Below, in pieces: positions 19,856-27,885 of a stretch of 64,000 bases of DNA (position 1 is its first letter; each line of letters begins with the position of its first letter). Below the pieces are notes generated by a model. It did not search any database. It was given only the letters and a program-made list of their open reading frames with translations, and was not told the origin of the DNA. The DNA comes from an uncultured Enterobacteriaceae bacterium (lineage in GTDB: Bacteria; Pseudomonadota; Gammaproteobacteria; Burkholderiales; SG8-39): the NCBI GenBank assembly GCA_964461055.1, contig CAYWSG010000011.1, positions 61 through 64,060 of the forward strand. Direction: 5' to 3'. The translations under genes and the position numbers were made by a program.

Positions 19856-20311
19856 ATGCTGGGCAAGCCGGTCAAAGACTTCAGCCTCCCCTCGACCGGC
19901 GGCGTAACGTTCAGGTTGTCCGACGCCCGCGGGAAGAAGCTGGTCCTCTATTTCTATCCCCGGGACAATACCCCCGGCTGCACGCAGGAAGGCGCGGATT
20001 TCCGCGACGCCTACGCGGCGTTCAGGCGCGCCGGATGCGAGATCTACGGCATCTCGCGCGATTCGCTGAAGTCGCACGAGGCGTTCAAGGCGAAGATGAG
20101 GTTCCCGTTCGAGCTGCTCTCCGACCCCGACGAGAAGGTCTGCGGGCAGTTCGGCGTCCTGAAGTCCAAAACGCTGTACGGGAAGCAAGTCCGCGGCATC
20201 GAGCGCAGCACGTTCGTCCTCGACAGGAACGGCGTGCTCGTGCGCGAATGGCGCGGGGTCAAGGTGCCGGGCCACGTCCAGGAGGTATTGAACTTTGCTA
20301 AAGCCTTATGA
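19856..20311 (+). CDS. bcp: Peroxiredoxin Bcp (thiol peroxidase)
   Basis: 151 aa with the LYFYPRDNTPGCTQE active-site motif. Confidence 0.93.
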   Translation: MLGKPVKDFSLPSTGGVTFRLSDARGKKLVLYFYPRDNTPGCTQEGADFRDAYAAFRRAGCEIYGISRDSLKSHEAFKAKMRFPFELLSDPDEKVCGQFGVLKSKTLYGKQVRGIERSTFVLDRNGVLVREWRGVKVPGHVQEVLNFAKAL

Positions 20312-20393
20312 CCGTACCCACAGTGACGACATCAGCGAACTAGAAGCCCAGACCGGTCAGTACTTTCCCGCCTCCTTCCCCGCCGCCGCCAGC

Positions 20394-21830
20394 ATGGCGA
20401 AGAAACCCGCAGTCCCGCGCAAGCCGAAGACGAAGGCGCGAAAGCTCTTCGTCATCGACACCAACGTGCTCATGCACGACCCGACGAGCCTCTTCCGGTT
20501 CGAGGAGCACGACCTCTACCTGCCCATCGGCACGCTGGAAGAGCTCGACTCGCACAAGAAGGGCCTCTCCGACGTGGCGCGCAACGCCCGCCAGGCGAGC
20601 CGCTTCCTCGACGAGATCGTCTCGGGGGCGACCGGCGAGATCAAGGACGGGCTTCCCCTCCGCGTGCGCGGCGGGCAGGCGTCCCGCGGCCGGCTCTTCC
20701 TGCAGACCGAGGCCATCAACGGCGACCTGCCGGCGAGCCTGCCGCTCGGCAAGACCGACAACCAGATCCTGTCGGTGGTGCGCTTCCTCGCCGAGGCCGA
20801 GCGGGCCCGCTCGCCCGCGCGCGAGGTGGTGCTCGTGTCGAAGGACATCAACATGCGCATCAAGGCGCGCGCGCTCGGGCTCGCCGCCGAAGACTACGCG
20901 AACGACAAGGTGCTCGAGGACGCCGACCTCCTCTACACCGGCGTGCGGGCGCTGCCGAAGGACTTCTGGAACACGCACGGCCGCGACATGGAGTCGTGGA
21001 AGAAGGAGGGCCATACCTACTACCGCATCCGGGGCCCGCTCGTGCCCAAGCTCCACGTGAACGAGTTCGTGTTCGACGAGTCGGGCGAGCGCCCGCTCTA
21101 CGCGCTCGTCAAGGAGACCGCCGGAAAGATGGCAGTGCTCGAGACGCTGCGCGACTACACGCACGCGAAGAACGCGGTGTGGGGCATCAACGCGCGAAAC
21201 CGCGAGCAGAACTTCGCGCTCAACCTCCTCATGAACCCGGCGGTGGACTTCGTCACGCTGGTGGGCCAGGCGGGCACGGGCAAGACGCTGCTCGCCCTCG
21301 CCGCCGGCCTCACCCAGGTGCTCGACGAGAAGCGCTACTCCGAGATCATCATGACGCGCGTCACCGTGCCGATCGGCGAGGACATCGGCTTCCTGCCGGG
21401 CACCGAGGAGGAGAAGATGACGCCCTGGATGGGCGCGCTCGAGGACAACCTCGACGTGCTGAACGCCTCGGACGACTCGGGCGGCGAATGGGGCCGCGCC
21501 GCCACGCGCGACCTCGTGCGCTCGCGCATCAAGGTGAAGTCGCTCAACTTCATGCGCGGGCGCACCTTCGTGAACAAGTGGCTCATCATCGACGAGGCGC
21601 AGAACCTCACGCCCAAGCAGATGAAGACCCTCATCACGCGCGCCGGGCCGGGGACCAAGGTGGTGTGCCTGGGCAACATCGCCCAGATCGACACCCCCTA
21701 CCTCACCGAGGGGAGCTCGGGCCTCACCTACGTCGTCGACCGCATGAAGGACTGGAGCCACGCCGGCCACGTGACCCTCGCCCGGGGCGAGCGCTCGCGC
21801 CTCGCGGACCACGCCGCCGAAGTGCTGTAG
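20394..21830 (+). CDS. PhoH2-type protein (N-terminal PIN domain fused to a PhoH-like ATPase)
   Basis: PIN start FVIDTNVLMHDP and PhoH Walker A GQAGTGKT. I favour the ATG at 20394 (MAKKPAV...). The longest ORF starts at 20295 and overlaps bcp. Confidence 0.88.
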   Translation: MAKKPAVPRKPKTKARKLFVIDTNVLMHDPTSLFRFEEHDLYLPIGTLEELDSHKKGLSDVARNARQASRFLDEIVSGATGEIKDGLPLRVRGGQASRGRLFLQTEAINGDLPASLPLGKTDNQILSVVRFLAEAERARSPAREVVLVSKDINMRIKARALGLAAEDYANDKVLEDADLLYTGVRALPKDFWNTHGRDMESWKKEGHTYYRIRGPLVPKLHVNEFVFDESGERPLYALVKETAGKMAVLETLRDYTHAKNAVWGINARNREQNFALNLLMNPAVDFVTLVGQAGTGKTLLALAAGLTQVLDEKRYSEIIMTRVTVPIGEDIGFLPGTEEEKMTPWMGALEDNLDVLNASDDSGGEWGRAATRDLVRSRIKVKSLNFMRGRTFVNKWLIIDEAQNLTPKQMKTLITRAGPGTKVVCLGNIAQIDTPYLTEGSSGLTYVVDRMKDWSHAGHVTLARGERSRLADHAAEVL

Positions 21831-21884
21831 GAAAAGGCTGCTAAATTTGCCGCCCCCGCCCCAACCATCAGGACACCCGAACCC

Positions 21885-22739
21885 ATGAAGTCATTCCACA
21901 CCCGGGCCTCGCGAGCCGCCGGACTGCTCGCGGCCTTCCTCCTCGTCTTCGGCGTCCAGGCGCTCGCCCAGCAGAAGTACACCCCGCAGCGCGGCCAGGC
22001 CGGCAAGGACGTCATCTGGATCCCCACGCCCCAGGACGTCGTCGATCGCATGCTCACGATGGCGCAGGTCACGCCGCGGGACTTCGTCGTCGACCTCGGC
22101 GCGGGCGACGGCCGCATCGCCATCGCCGCGGCGAAGAAGTTCGGCGCGCGCGCGATGGGCATCGAGTACAACCCCGACATGGCAAGGCACGCGAACGAGA
22201 ACGCCGCGGCGGCCGGCGTCGCCGGCGAAGGCGCGGGCAAGGCGTTCATCCGCCAGGGCGACATCTTCGCCACCGACTTCAGCGAGGCGACGGTGCTCAC
22301 CATGTACCTGCTGCCCGGGCTGAATCTCAAGCTGCGCCCGACGATCCTTTCCATGCGCCCGGGCACGCGCGTCGTCTCGCACGCCTTCACCATGGACGAC
22401 TGGGAGCCCGACGAGGTGTCCTCGAGCGACGGCCGGCACGCCTACTTCTGGATCGTGCCCGCCAACGTTCAGGGCAGCTGGAACTTCGAGGCGCACGGCC
22501 TGAAGAGCGTCCTCAACTTCGAGCAGCGCTTCCAGAAGATCGCCGGCACGATCGCCCTGGGCGAGCTTCGCGCCGGCCTTCGCGCCCCGCGCCTGCGCGG
22601 CTTCCACATCGCCTTCGCCTACGTGGACGAGAAGGGCATGCGCCGCGAGTTCACCGGCACCGTGAGCGGCGGCAAGATGGAAGGCAGCTTCCGCGACGAC
22701 ACCGGCGCCACCGGCCGCTGGACTGCCGTAAAGCGATAG
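21885..22739 (+). CDS. Class I SAM-dependent methyltransferase with an N-terminal signal peptide-like segment
   Basis: 284 aa. The N-terminus is MKSFHTRASRAAGLLAAFLLVFGVQALAQQ, followed by the SAM motif VVDLGAGDGRIAIAAA. Confidence 0.8.
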   Translation: MKSFHTRASRAAGLLAAFLLVFGVQALAQQKYTPQRGQAGKDVIWIPTPQDVVDRMLTMAQVTPRDFVVDLGAGDGRIAIAAAKKFGARAMGIEYNPDMARHANENAAAAGVAGEGAGKAFIRQGDIFATDFSEATVLTMYLLPGLNLKLRPTILSMRPGTRVVSHAFTMDDWEPDEVSSSDGRHAYFWIVPANVQGSWNFEAHGLKSVLNFEQRFQKIAGTIALGELRAGLRAPRLRGFHIAFAYVDEKGMRREFTGTVSGGKMEGSFRDDTGATGRWTAVKR

Positions 22740-22760
22740 AAGCCCGCCTTTTCTGGACTT

Positions 22761-22784
22761 CCGGGCAGCCGTCAGGCTGCCCGG
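22761..22784. terminator. GC-rich stem-loop between the convergent methyltransferase gene and dnaB
   Basis: CCGGGCAGCC-GTCA-GGCTGCCCGG, a perfect 10-bp stem. No clean T-tract on either side. Confidence 0.5.
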
Positions 22785-22791
22785 CAGGGTT

Positions 22792-24198
22792 CTAATACAC
22801 GTTCGGATCGGCGTAGTTCTCGAAGCGCGTGTGCGCGCCGAGGAACGTGAGCTTGATCGGCCCGATGGGGCCGTTTCGCTGCTTGCCGACGATCACTTCC
22901 GCGATGCCGCGCTGATCCTCCGGAAGGTCGGGCTTGTAGACGACCTCGCGGTAGATGAAGAGGATCACGTCGGCGTCCTGCTCGATGGCGCCCGACTCGC
23001 GCAGGTCCGACATCACCGGGCGCCGGTCGGGGCGCTGGTCCACCGCGCGGTTGAGCTGCGAGAGCGCCACCACCGGCACGTCGAGCTCCTTCGCCATGGC
23101 CTTGAGCGAGCGCGAGATCTCGGAGATCTCGGTCGCCCGGTTCTCCCCCTGCGAAGTCGAGGCCATGAGCTGCAGGTAGTCGATCACGATGAGGCCCAGC
23201 TTCGAGTACTGGCGCTTCAGCCGCCGCGCCCTCGCCCGCACCTCGAGCGCGGTGAGCGCCCCGCCCTCGTCGATGTAGATGGGCGTCTCGTGGAGCTTCG
23301 CCATCGCCTCGGAGAGCTCGCTCCATTCGCGGTCGTTGAGGCGGCCCGTGCGCATCTTGTGCTGGTCGACGCGCGCGATCGAGCCGAGCATCCGCATGGC
23401 GAGCTGCGTGGCGCTCATCTCCATGGAGAAGATGGCGACCGGCAGCCCGTTGTCGACCGCGACGTGCTCGGCGATGTTGAGCGCGAGCGCGGTCTTTCCC
23501 ATGCTGGGGCGCGCGGCGATGATGATGAGGTCGCCCGGCTGCATGCCGGAGGTCATCTCGTCGAGCTTCTGGTAGCCCGTGGGCACGCCCGTGACGTCCG
23601 AGGGATTGTCGCGGTGGTAGAGGTGGTCGATCTTCTCGAACACGCGCGCGAGCACGGGCTTGATCTCCATCAGCCCCTCGTCCTTGCGCGCCCCCGACTC
23701 GGCGATCTGGAAGATGCGCGACTCGGCCTCGTCGAGGAGCTGGCCGACGTCCTTGCCGCCGGGCGAGAGCGCGCTCTCGGCGATGCCGGTGGCGACCTGC
23801 GCGAGCTTTCTCTGCACCGCCCGCTCGCGCACGAGCTCGGCGTAGCGGCGGATGTTGAGCGCGCTCGGCGTGTTCTGCGCGAGCGCGCCGAGGTAGGCCG
23901 CGCCGCCCGTCTTGTCCTTGTCCTCGCTCGCCTCGATCGACTCGGACACCGTGACCACGTCCGCCGGCCTGTCCGCCTCGATCAGCTTCGCGATGTGCTT
24001 CCAGATGCGGCGGTGGTCGTCGCGGTAGAAGTCCTCCCCGGTGACGAGGTCCGCCACGCGGTCGAAGGCCTGGTTGTCGAGGAGCAGCGCCCCGAGCAGC
24101 GACTGCTCCGCCTCGATCGAGTGCGGGGGGACCTTGAGGGAAAGAAGCTGCGGATCGGCCTCGCTACGAGCTGCGGCAGTCTGATTGGCTACGGCCAT
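22792..24198 (-). CDS. dnaB: Replicative DNA helicase DnaB
   Basis: 468 aa with N-terminal PPHSIEAEQSLLGALL and Walker A ARPSMGKTA. Confidence 0.97.
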   Translation of the reverse strand: MAVANQTAAARSEADPQLLSLKVPPHSIEAEQSLLGALLLDNQAFDRVADLVTGEDFYRDDHRRIWKHIAKLIEADRPADVVTVSESIEASEDKDKTGGAAYLGALAQNTPSALNIRRYAELVRERAVQRKLAQVATGIAESALSPGGKDVGQLLDEAESRIFQIAESGARKDEGLMEIKPVLARVFEKIDHLYHRDNPSDVTGVPTGYQKLDEMTSGMQPGDLIIIAARPSMGKTALALNIAEHVAVDNGLPVAIFSMEMSATQLAMRMLGSIARVDQHKMRTGRLNDREWSELSEAMAKLHETPIYIDEGGALTALEVRARARRLKRQYSKLGLIVIDYLQLMASTSQGENRATEISEISRSLKAMAKELDVPVVALSQLNRAVDQRPDRRPVMSDLRESGAIEQDADVILFIYREVVYKPDLPEDQRGIAEVIVGKQRNGPIGPIKLTFLGAHTRFENYADPNVY

Positions 24199-24514
24199 CG
24201 GCGCCCCCCTGTTGCATCCATCGCCGAAATTCGGCTGGGTTCTTCGAGCGGTGATGATACCGATTCAGGCGTGCGAAACAGCGCCTTTCCGCGTGGCTTC
24301 GGAATCGACGCGTGCGCGCTGTGGAGCGGCGCGCTAAAGGCCTGCGGCTGCGGCATTAATCCGGCAGGCAGGCTGTGAGCAACCTGTGAGGATGCTGTTG
24401 GCCGAGGTCGGATGAAATCCGGCTGAAACAAATTAAATCGCTTGACAACGGCACGCCGCGGAAAAGCCGCCCGAGCCCGTTCAAGGATCCGGCCGCGGAA
24501 GGGGCGGCCGGACG

Positions 24515-24569
24515 CTGTGGAGAGCCTGTGGAGAGGCTGTGGAAAGCCTGGGGGCTTGCTGTGGGCTGC
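24515..24569. repeat. Five tandem 11-bp units (three well conserved) upstream of dnaB
   Basis: CTGTGGAGAGC / CTGTGGAGAGG / CTGTGGAAAGC / CTGGGGGCTTG / CTGTGGGCTGC, read directly. Confidence 0.85.
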
Positions 24570-24585
24570 GCCCGGAAGCAGCAAC

Positions 24586-24612
24586 GAAAAAGGGGCCGCG
24601 AAGGCCCCTTTC
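24586..24612 (-). terminator. Rho-independent terminator of the rpsF-priB-rpsR-rplI operon
   Basis: The minus strand reads GGAAAGGGGCC-TTCGC-GGCCCCTTTTTCG, about 30 nt after the rplI stop. Confidence 0.7.
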
Positions 24613-24643
24613 CTGGGTATTGCGCCGGTCGGCGCCCCGGGCG

Positions 24644-25099
24644 CTACTCCGTGTGCTCGCCGAGGACGGAGACCTTGACGGTCGCGGCGACGTCGGTGTG
24701 CAGGACCACCTGCACCTCGTACTCGCCCACCTGCTTGAACGGCCCCTGGGGCATGCGCACCTGGGAGCGCTCGACCTCGTGGCCCTGCTTCTCCAGCGCG
24801 TCGACGATGTCGTAGTTGGTGACCGAGCCGAAGAGGCGCCCGTCGACGCCCGACTTCTGCGTGATCTGCAGCGTCAGGCCGTCGAGCTTCGCGGCGCGCT
24901 CCTGCGCCTGGGCGAGCGCGTCGGCCTGCGCCTTCTCGAGCTCGGCGCGGCGCGCCTCGAACGCCTTCAGGTTCTCCTCGGTGGCGCGCTTCGCCTTGCC
25001 CTGCGGGATGAGGAAGTTGCGGGCGTAGCCGTCCTTCACCCTCACCACGTCGCCGAGGTTTCCGAGGTTGACCACCTTCTCCATGAGGATGACTTGCAT
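24644..25099 (-). CDS. rplI: 50S ribosomal protein L9
   Basis: [36 protein letters not shown]...; internal ATG of ORF 24644..25183. Confidence 0.96.
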   Translation of the reverse strand: MQVILMEKVVNLGNLGDVVRVKDGYARNFLIPQGKAKRATEENLKAFEARRAELEKAQADALAQAQERAAKLDGLTLQITQKSGVDGRLFGSVTNYDIVDALEKQGHEVERSQVRMPQGPFKQVGEYEVQVVLHTDVAATVKVSVLGEHTE

Positions 25100-25121
25100 C
25101 CGGAATTCTCCCTTCGCTCGC

Positions 25122-25415
25122 TCAGTGCAGGTCGGTGTACGGCAGCAGCGCCAGGAACCGCGCCCGCTTGATCGCGTCGGCAAGCTGGCGCTGGTACCCC
25201 GCCGAGGTCCCGGTGATGCGCGCCGGAATGATCTTGCCGGTCTCGCTGATGAAGTCCTTCAGGAGCTCCACGTCCTTGTAGTCGATCCACTCGACCTTCT
25301 CGGCCGTGAAGCGGCAGAACTTGCGGCGGCGGAACAGCGCCCGCTGCCCGCGGTCCCTGCGGTCCTTGCCGAACTTACCTTTGCCTTTGCCTTTTGCGCC
25401 TCTTCTGGGGGGCAT
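25122..25415 (-). CDS. rpsR: 30S ribosomal protein S18
   Basis: 97 aa with [20 protein letters not shown]...[22 protein letters not shown]. Confidence 0.96.
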   Translation of the reverse strand: MPPRRGAKGKGKGKFGKDRRDRGQRALFRRRKFCRFTAEKVEWIDYKDVELLKDFISETGKIIPARITGTSAGYQRQLADAIKRARFLALLPYTDLH

Positions 25416-25416
25416 G

Positions 25417-25716
25417 TCATGCTCCTTCGCTGAATTCGATATCGGTTACGTGCAGCACCAGTCTCTTCGATCCCTTGCGCTTCGCCGCGAGGAACCCTCT
25501 CACCGTCACCTCCGAGCCCATCGCCCGCGTGGCGAGGAGCCGGGCCTGCGCATCGAAGGCCACCGCGCCGATCTCCGCCGTCACCTTGCGCCGCCCGCCC
25601 GCCTCGTCCTGCTCGGACTCGTGCTCGAGGCGGAAGTCGACGACCGGGATGCCGGCGGGCGTGAACCGAAGCGCGCCCAGCTCGACGATGCGTCCGGTGA
25701 GCTCGGCCCGGTTCAG
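25417..25716 (-). CDS. priB: Primosomal replication protein N (PriB)
   Basis: 99-aa OB-fold-like protein ([33 protein letters not shown]...) between rpsF and rpsR. There is no in-frame ATG/GTG/TTG. The only candidate start is CTG at 25716, overlapping the rpsF stop (CTGA). Confidence 0.75.
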   Translation of the reverse strand: MNRAELTGRIVELGALRFTPAGIPVVDFRLEHESEQDEAGGRRKVTAEIGAVAFDAQARLLATRAMGSEVTVRGFLAAKRKGSKRLVLHVTDIEFSEGA

Positions 25717-26147
25717 GCGGCCGGCGCCGGGCTCGCGGCCTCGGCCGGACGGCCCTCGGTCTTCGCTTCGGTCCGGGACTCGGCCTTCGCCTCGCCTCCG
25801 CCGCGCTGGTCCATCATCGACTTCGACTTCTCCTCGCGCATCATGGGCGAAGGCGTCGTGACCGCCTTGGGCATCTTGATGATGAGGTGGCGCAGCACCG
25901 CGTCGCTGAACTTGAACGAGTGCTCGAGCTCCGTGAGCGTCTCGTTGTCGCACTCGATGTTCATGAGCACGTAGTGCGCCTTGTGCACCTTCTGGATCGG
26001 GTAGGTGAGCTGGCGCCGGCCCCAGTCCTCGAGGCGGTGCACGGTGCCGTTGCGCTGCGCCACCACGTTGCGGTAGCGCTCGACCATCTGCGGGACCTGC
26101 TCGCTCTGGTCCGGATGGACGATGAAGACGATCTCGTAATGCCGCAT
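25713..26147 (-). CDS. rpsF: 30S ribosomal protein S6
   Basis: [25 protein letters not shown]...; internal ATG of ORF 25713..26183, with AAGGAG SD upstream. Confidence 0.96.
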   Translation of the reverse strand: MRHYEIVFIVHPDQSEQVPQMVERYRNVVAQRNGTVHRLEDWGRRQLTYPIQKVHKAHYVLMNIECDNETLTELEHSFKFSDAVLRHLIIKMPKAVTTPSPMMREEKSKSMMDQRGGGEAKAESRTEAKTEGRPAEAASPAPAA

Positions 26148-26240
26148 GCCTGTTTGACTCCTTTTCCCATGGGTTGAGGCCAACCGCCATGCGCAAGCGG
26201 CGTGACCAGGAATTCGCGCCCTGGGGCACGAAGGGCCGTG

Positions 26241-26246
26241 ATTCTA
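26241..26246 (-). promoter_or_regulatory. Putative -10 hexamer TAGAAT of the rpsF operon
   Basis: The minus strand reads CCAGTAGAATCACGG, about 90 nt upstream of the rpsF ATG. The leader contains small hairpins (CCAGG..CCTGG). Confidence 0.3.
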
Positions 26247-26290
26247 CTGGAAAAAGGGCCCCGGAAACCAGCCCTTGCAGGCCCCGGCGG

Positions 26291-26494
26291 CTACTCGCCC
26301 CCGCCGATGCCGAGCTCCTCCTTCACCGTCTGGAGGATGGGCCCGACCTTCTCCACCGCCCGGCGGATCTTGTCTTCCGGCACCTCCAGGGTCCGCGCCC
26401 AGTACTTGAGCGCCTCCGGATTCGAGGCGTCGATCTCCGTCATGTCGGGCGGGATGTACCCCGTGCCCGGATTGCCTTGGTGGGGGGCGGTCAT
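26291..26494 (-). CDS. DUF3606 domain protein
   Basis: 67 aa with the pattern DASNPEALKYWARTLEVPEDKIRRAVEKVG, typical of DUF3606 as I recall it. Lies 38 nt downstream of hlyD. Confidence 0.7.
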   Translation of the reverse strand: MTAPHQGNPGTGYIPPDMTEIDASNPEALKYWARTLEVPEDKIRRAVEKVGPILQTVKEELGIGGGE

Positions 26495-26532
26495 TCCCCT
26501 CTGACCGCCTCTGCGCCGGATTGTTCGAGGTC

Positions 26533-27885
26533 TCAGCGCTCGCGCCCGGCCTCGTGGAACGCTTTCTGCACGGGCGAGAGGATGTACTCGAGCACCGAAC
26601 GGGTGCCGAGGTGGATCTCGCTTGCGACCTGCATGCCCGGCTGCAGCGGGTAGCGCCGGCCCTCGGCGACGAGCTCCTGCCCCGCGAGCTCGACGAGCGT
26701 GCGGAAGGAAAGCGGCCCCATCGGCCGGTCGCGGCCCGAGAGCGCGTCCGAGCGCGTGTTGGGCGAAGGCGCCTCGGTCGCATCCGCGTTGACGTGCGTG
26801 ACCGTTCCCTCCACAAGTCCGTACTTCTGGAACTGGAACGCGGCGAGCTTGAGGCGCGCCGGCTGCCCGGGCCGCACGAAGCCGACGTCGTCGTTGGAGA
26901 CCCACACCTCGGCGACGAGCTTGTCGTTCTCCGGCACGATCGTCATCAGGATCGTGCCCGGCGCCGCCACGGTGCCGGCGGTGTGCGTGGCGAGATCCTT
27001 GACCACTCCAGCCTGCGGGGCGCGCAGCTCCAGAAGCTCGCGCCGGTGGCGCTGCTTGGCGAGCTCCTGGCTCGCGCGCTCGAGCTCCGCCGCCACCTCC
27101 ACACGCTCGGTGCGCAACTGCCGGCGGTAGTCGGCCGTGATCTGCGCGAGCTTCTTCTCCGACTGCTCGATGAGCGCGCGGCTCGCGAGAATGGCCGATT
27201 CCTGCGCCCGCAGGTCCTGCTCCTTCTCGATGCGCTCGCGCTGCTTGTCCCGGTAGAGAATGCGCCCGGCGAAGCCGTCCGCGGTCAGCTTCTCGAACGC
27301 CCGCTCCTGCTCCCGGTAGTGCGGCAGCACCTGCTCGAGCTTCGCCTTGGTCGCCTCCGCGCCCGCGAGCTCGTACCGCGCCTTCTCGAGGAGCGCCCGC
27401 TCCTGCGCGAGCGCGTTCTCATAGGCGCGCACGTTGGCCACGTACTGCGCTTCCACCTGCCGATAGAGTTCCGGCGGATCGCCCTCACCCATCGCGAGCG
27501 GCTGCCCTGTGAGCTGCGCGTCGATCCTCCGCAGCGCGAGGCGCTTGTTGTGCACCTCCGTCTCGATCGCGCTCACGTCCGCCTGCGTGAGCACCGAATC
27601 CATCCGGATGAGCACCTGCCCCTCGCGCACCGCCTCCCCCTCGCGCACGAGGATCTCCTTCACGATCCCCTGCTCCGCCGGCTGCACGATCTTGAGGTAG
27701 CTCGAGGGCACCAGCTTCCCGTCCGCCACCGCCACGATGTCGAGCCGCCCGAACACCACCCACAGCACCACCCCGACCAGCAACCCGATCAGCAGCCTCA
27801 GCATCCACCCCGCCAGCGGCGCCGGCGGCCTCTCCTGGATCCGCAGCAGCGGCGGCGAAAAGTCGATGGGGTTCGCGAGCTTCAC
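26533..27885 (-). CDS. HlyD-family type I secretion periplasmic adaptor
   Basis: 450 aa with an N-terminal TM, a lipoyl/biotinyl-like hairpin (VKEILVREGEAVREGQVLIRMD) and a long coiled coil. The GTG start shares one nt with the ABC gene stop. Confidence 0.9.
   Translation of the reverse strand: MKLANPIDFSPPLLRIQERPPAPLAGWMLRLLIGLLVGVVLWVVFGRLDIVAVADGKLVPSSYLKIVQPAEQGIVKEILVREGEAVREGQVLIRMDSVLTQADVSAIETEVHNKRLALRRIDAQLTGQPLAMGEGDPPELYRQVEAQYVANVRAYENALAQERALLEKARYELAGAEATKAKLEQVLPHYREQERAFEKLTADGFAGRILYRDKQRERIEKEQDLRAQESAILASRALIEQSEKKLAQITADYRRQLRTERVEVAAELERASQELAKQRHRRELLELRAPQAGVVKDLATHTAGTVAAPGTILMTIVPENDKLVAEVWVSNDDVGFVRPGQPARLKLAAFQFQKYGLVEGTVTHVNADATEAPSPNTRSDALSGRDRPMGPLSFRTLVELAGQELVAEGRRYPLQPGMQVASEIHLGTRSVLEYILSPVQKAFHEAGRER

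Noticed and set aside
24189-24584. ORF of 131 aa on the minus strand that fills the rplI-dnaB spacer.
   Set aside because: Its translation (MLLPGAAHSKPPGFPQPLHRLSTASGRPFRG...) is Pro/Arg/Ser-rich with no hydrophobic core pattern or start context. The region is better explained as non-coding regulatory DNA.
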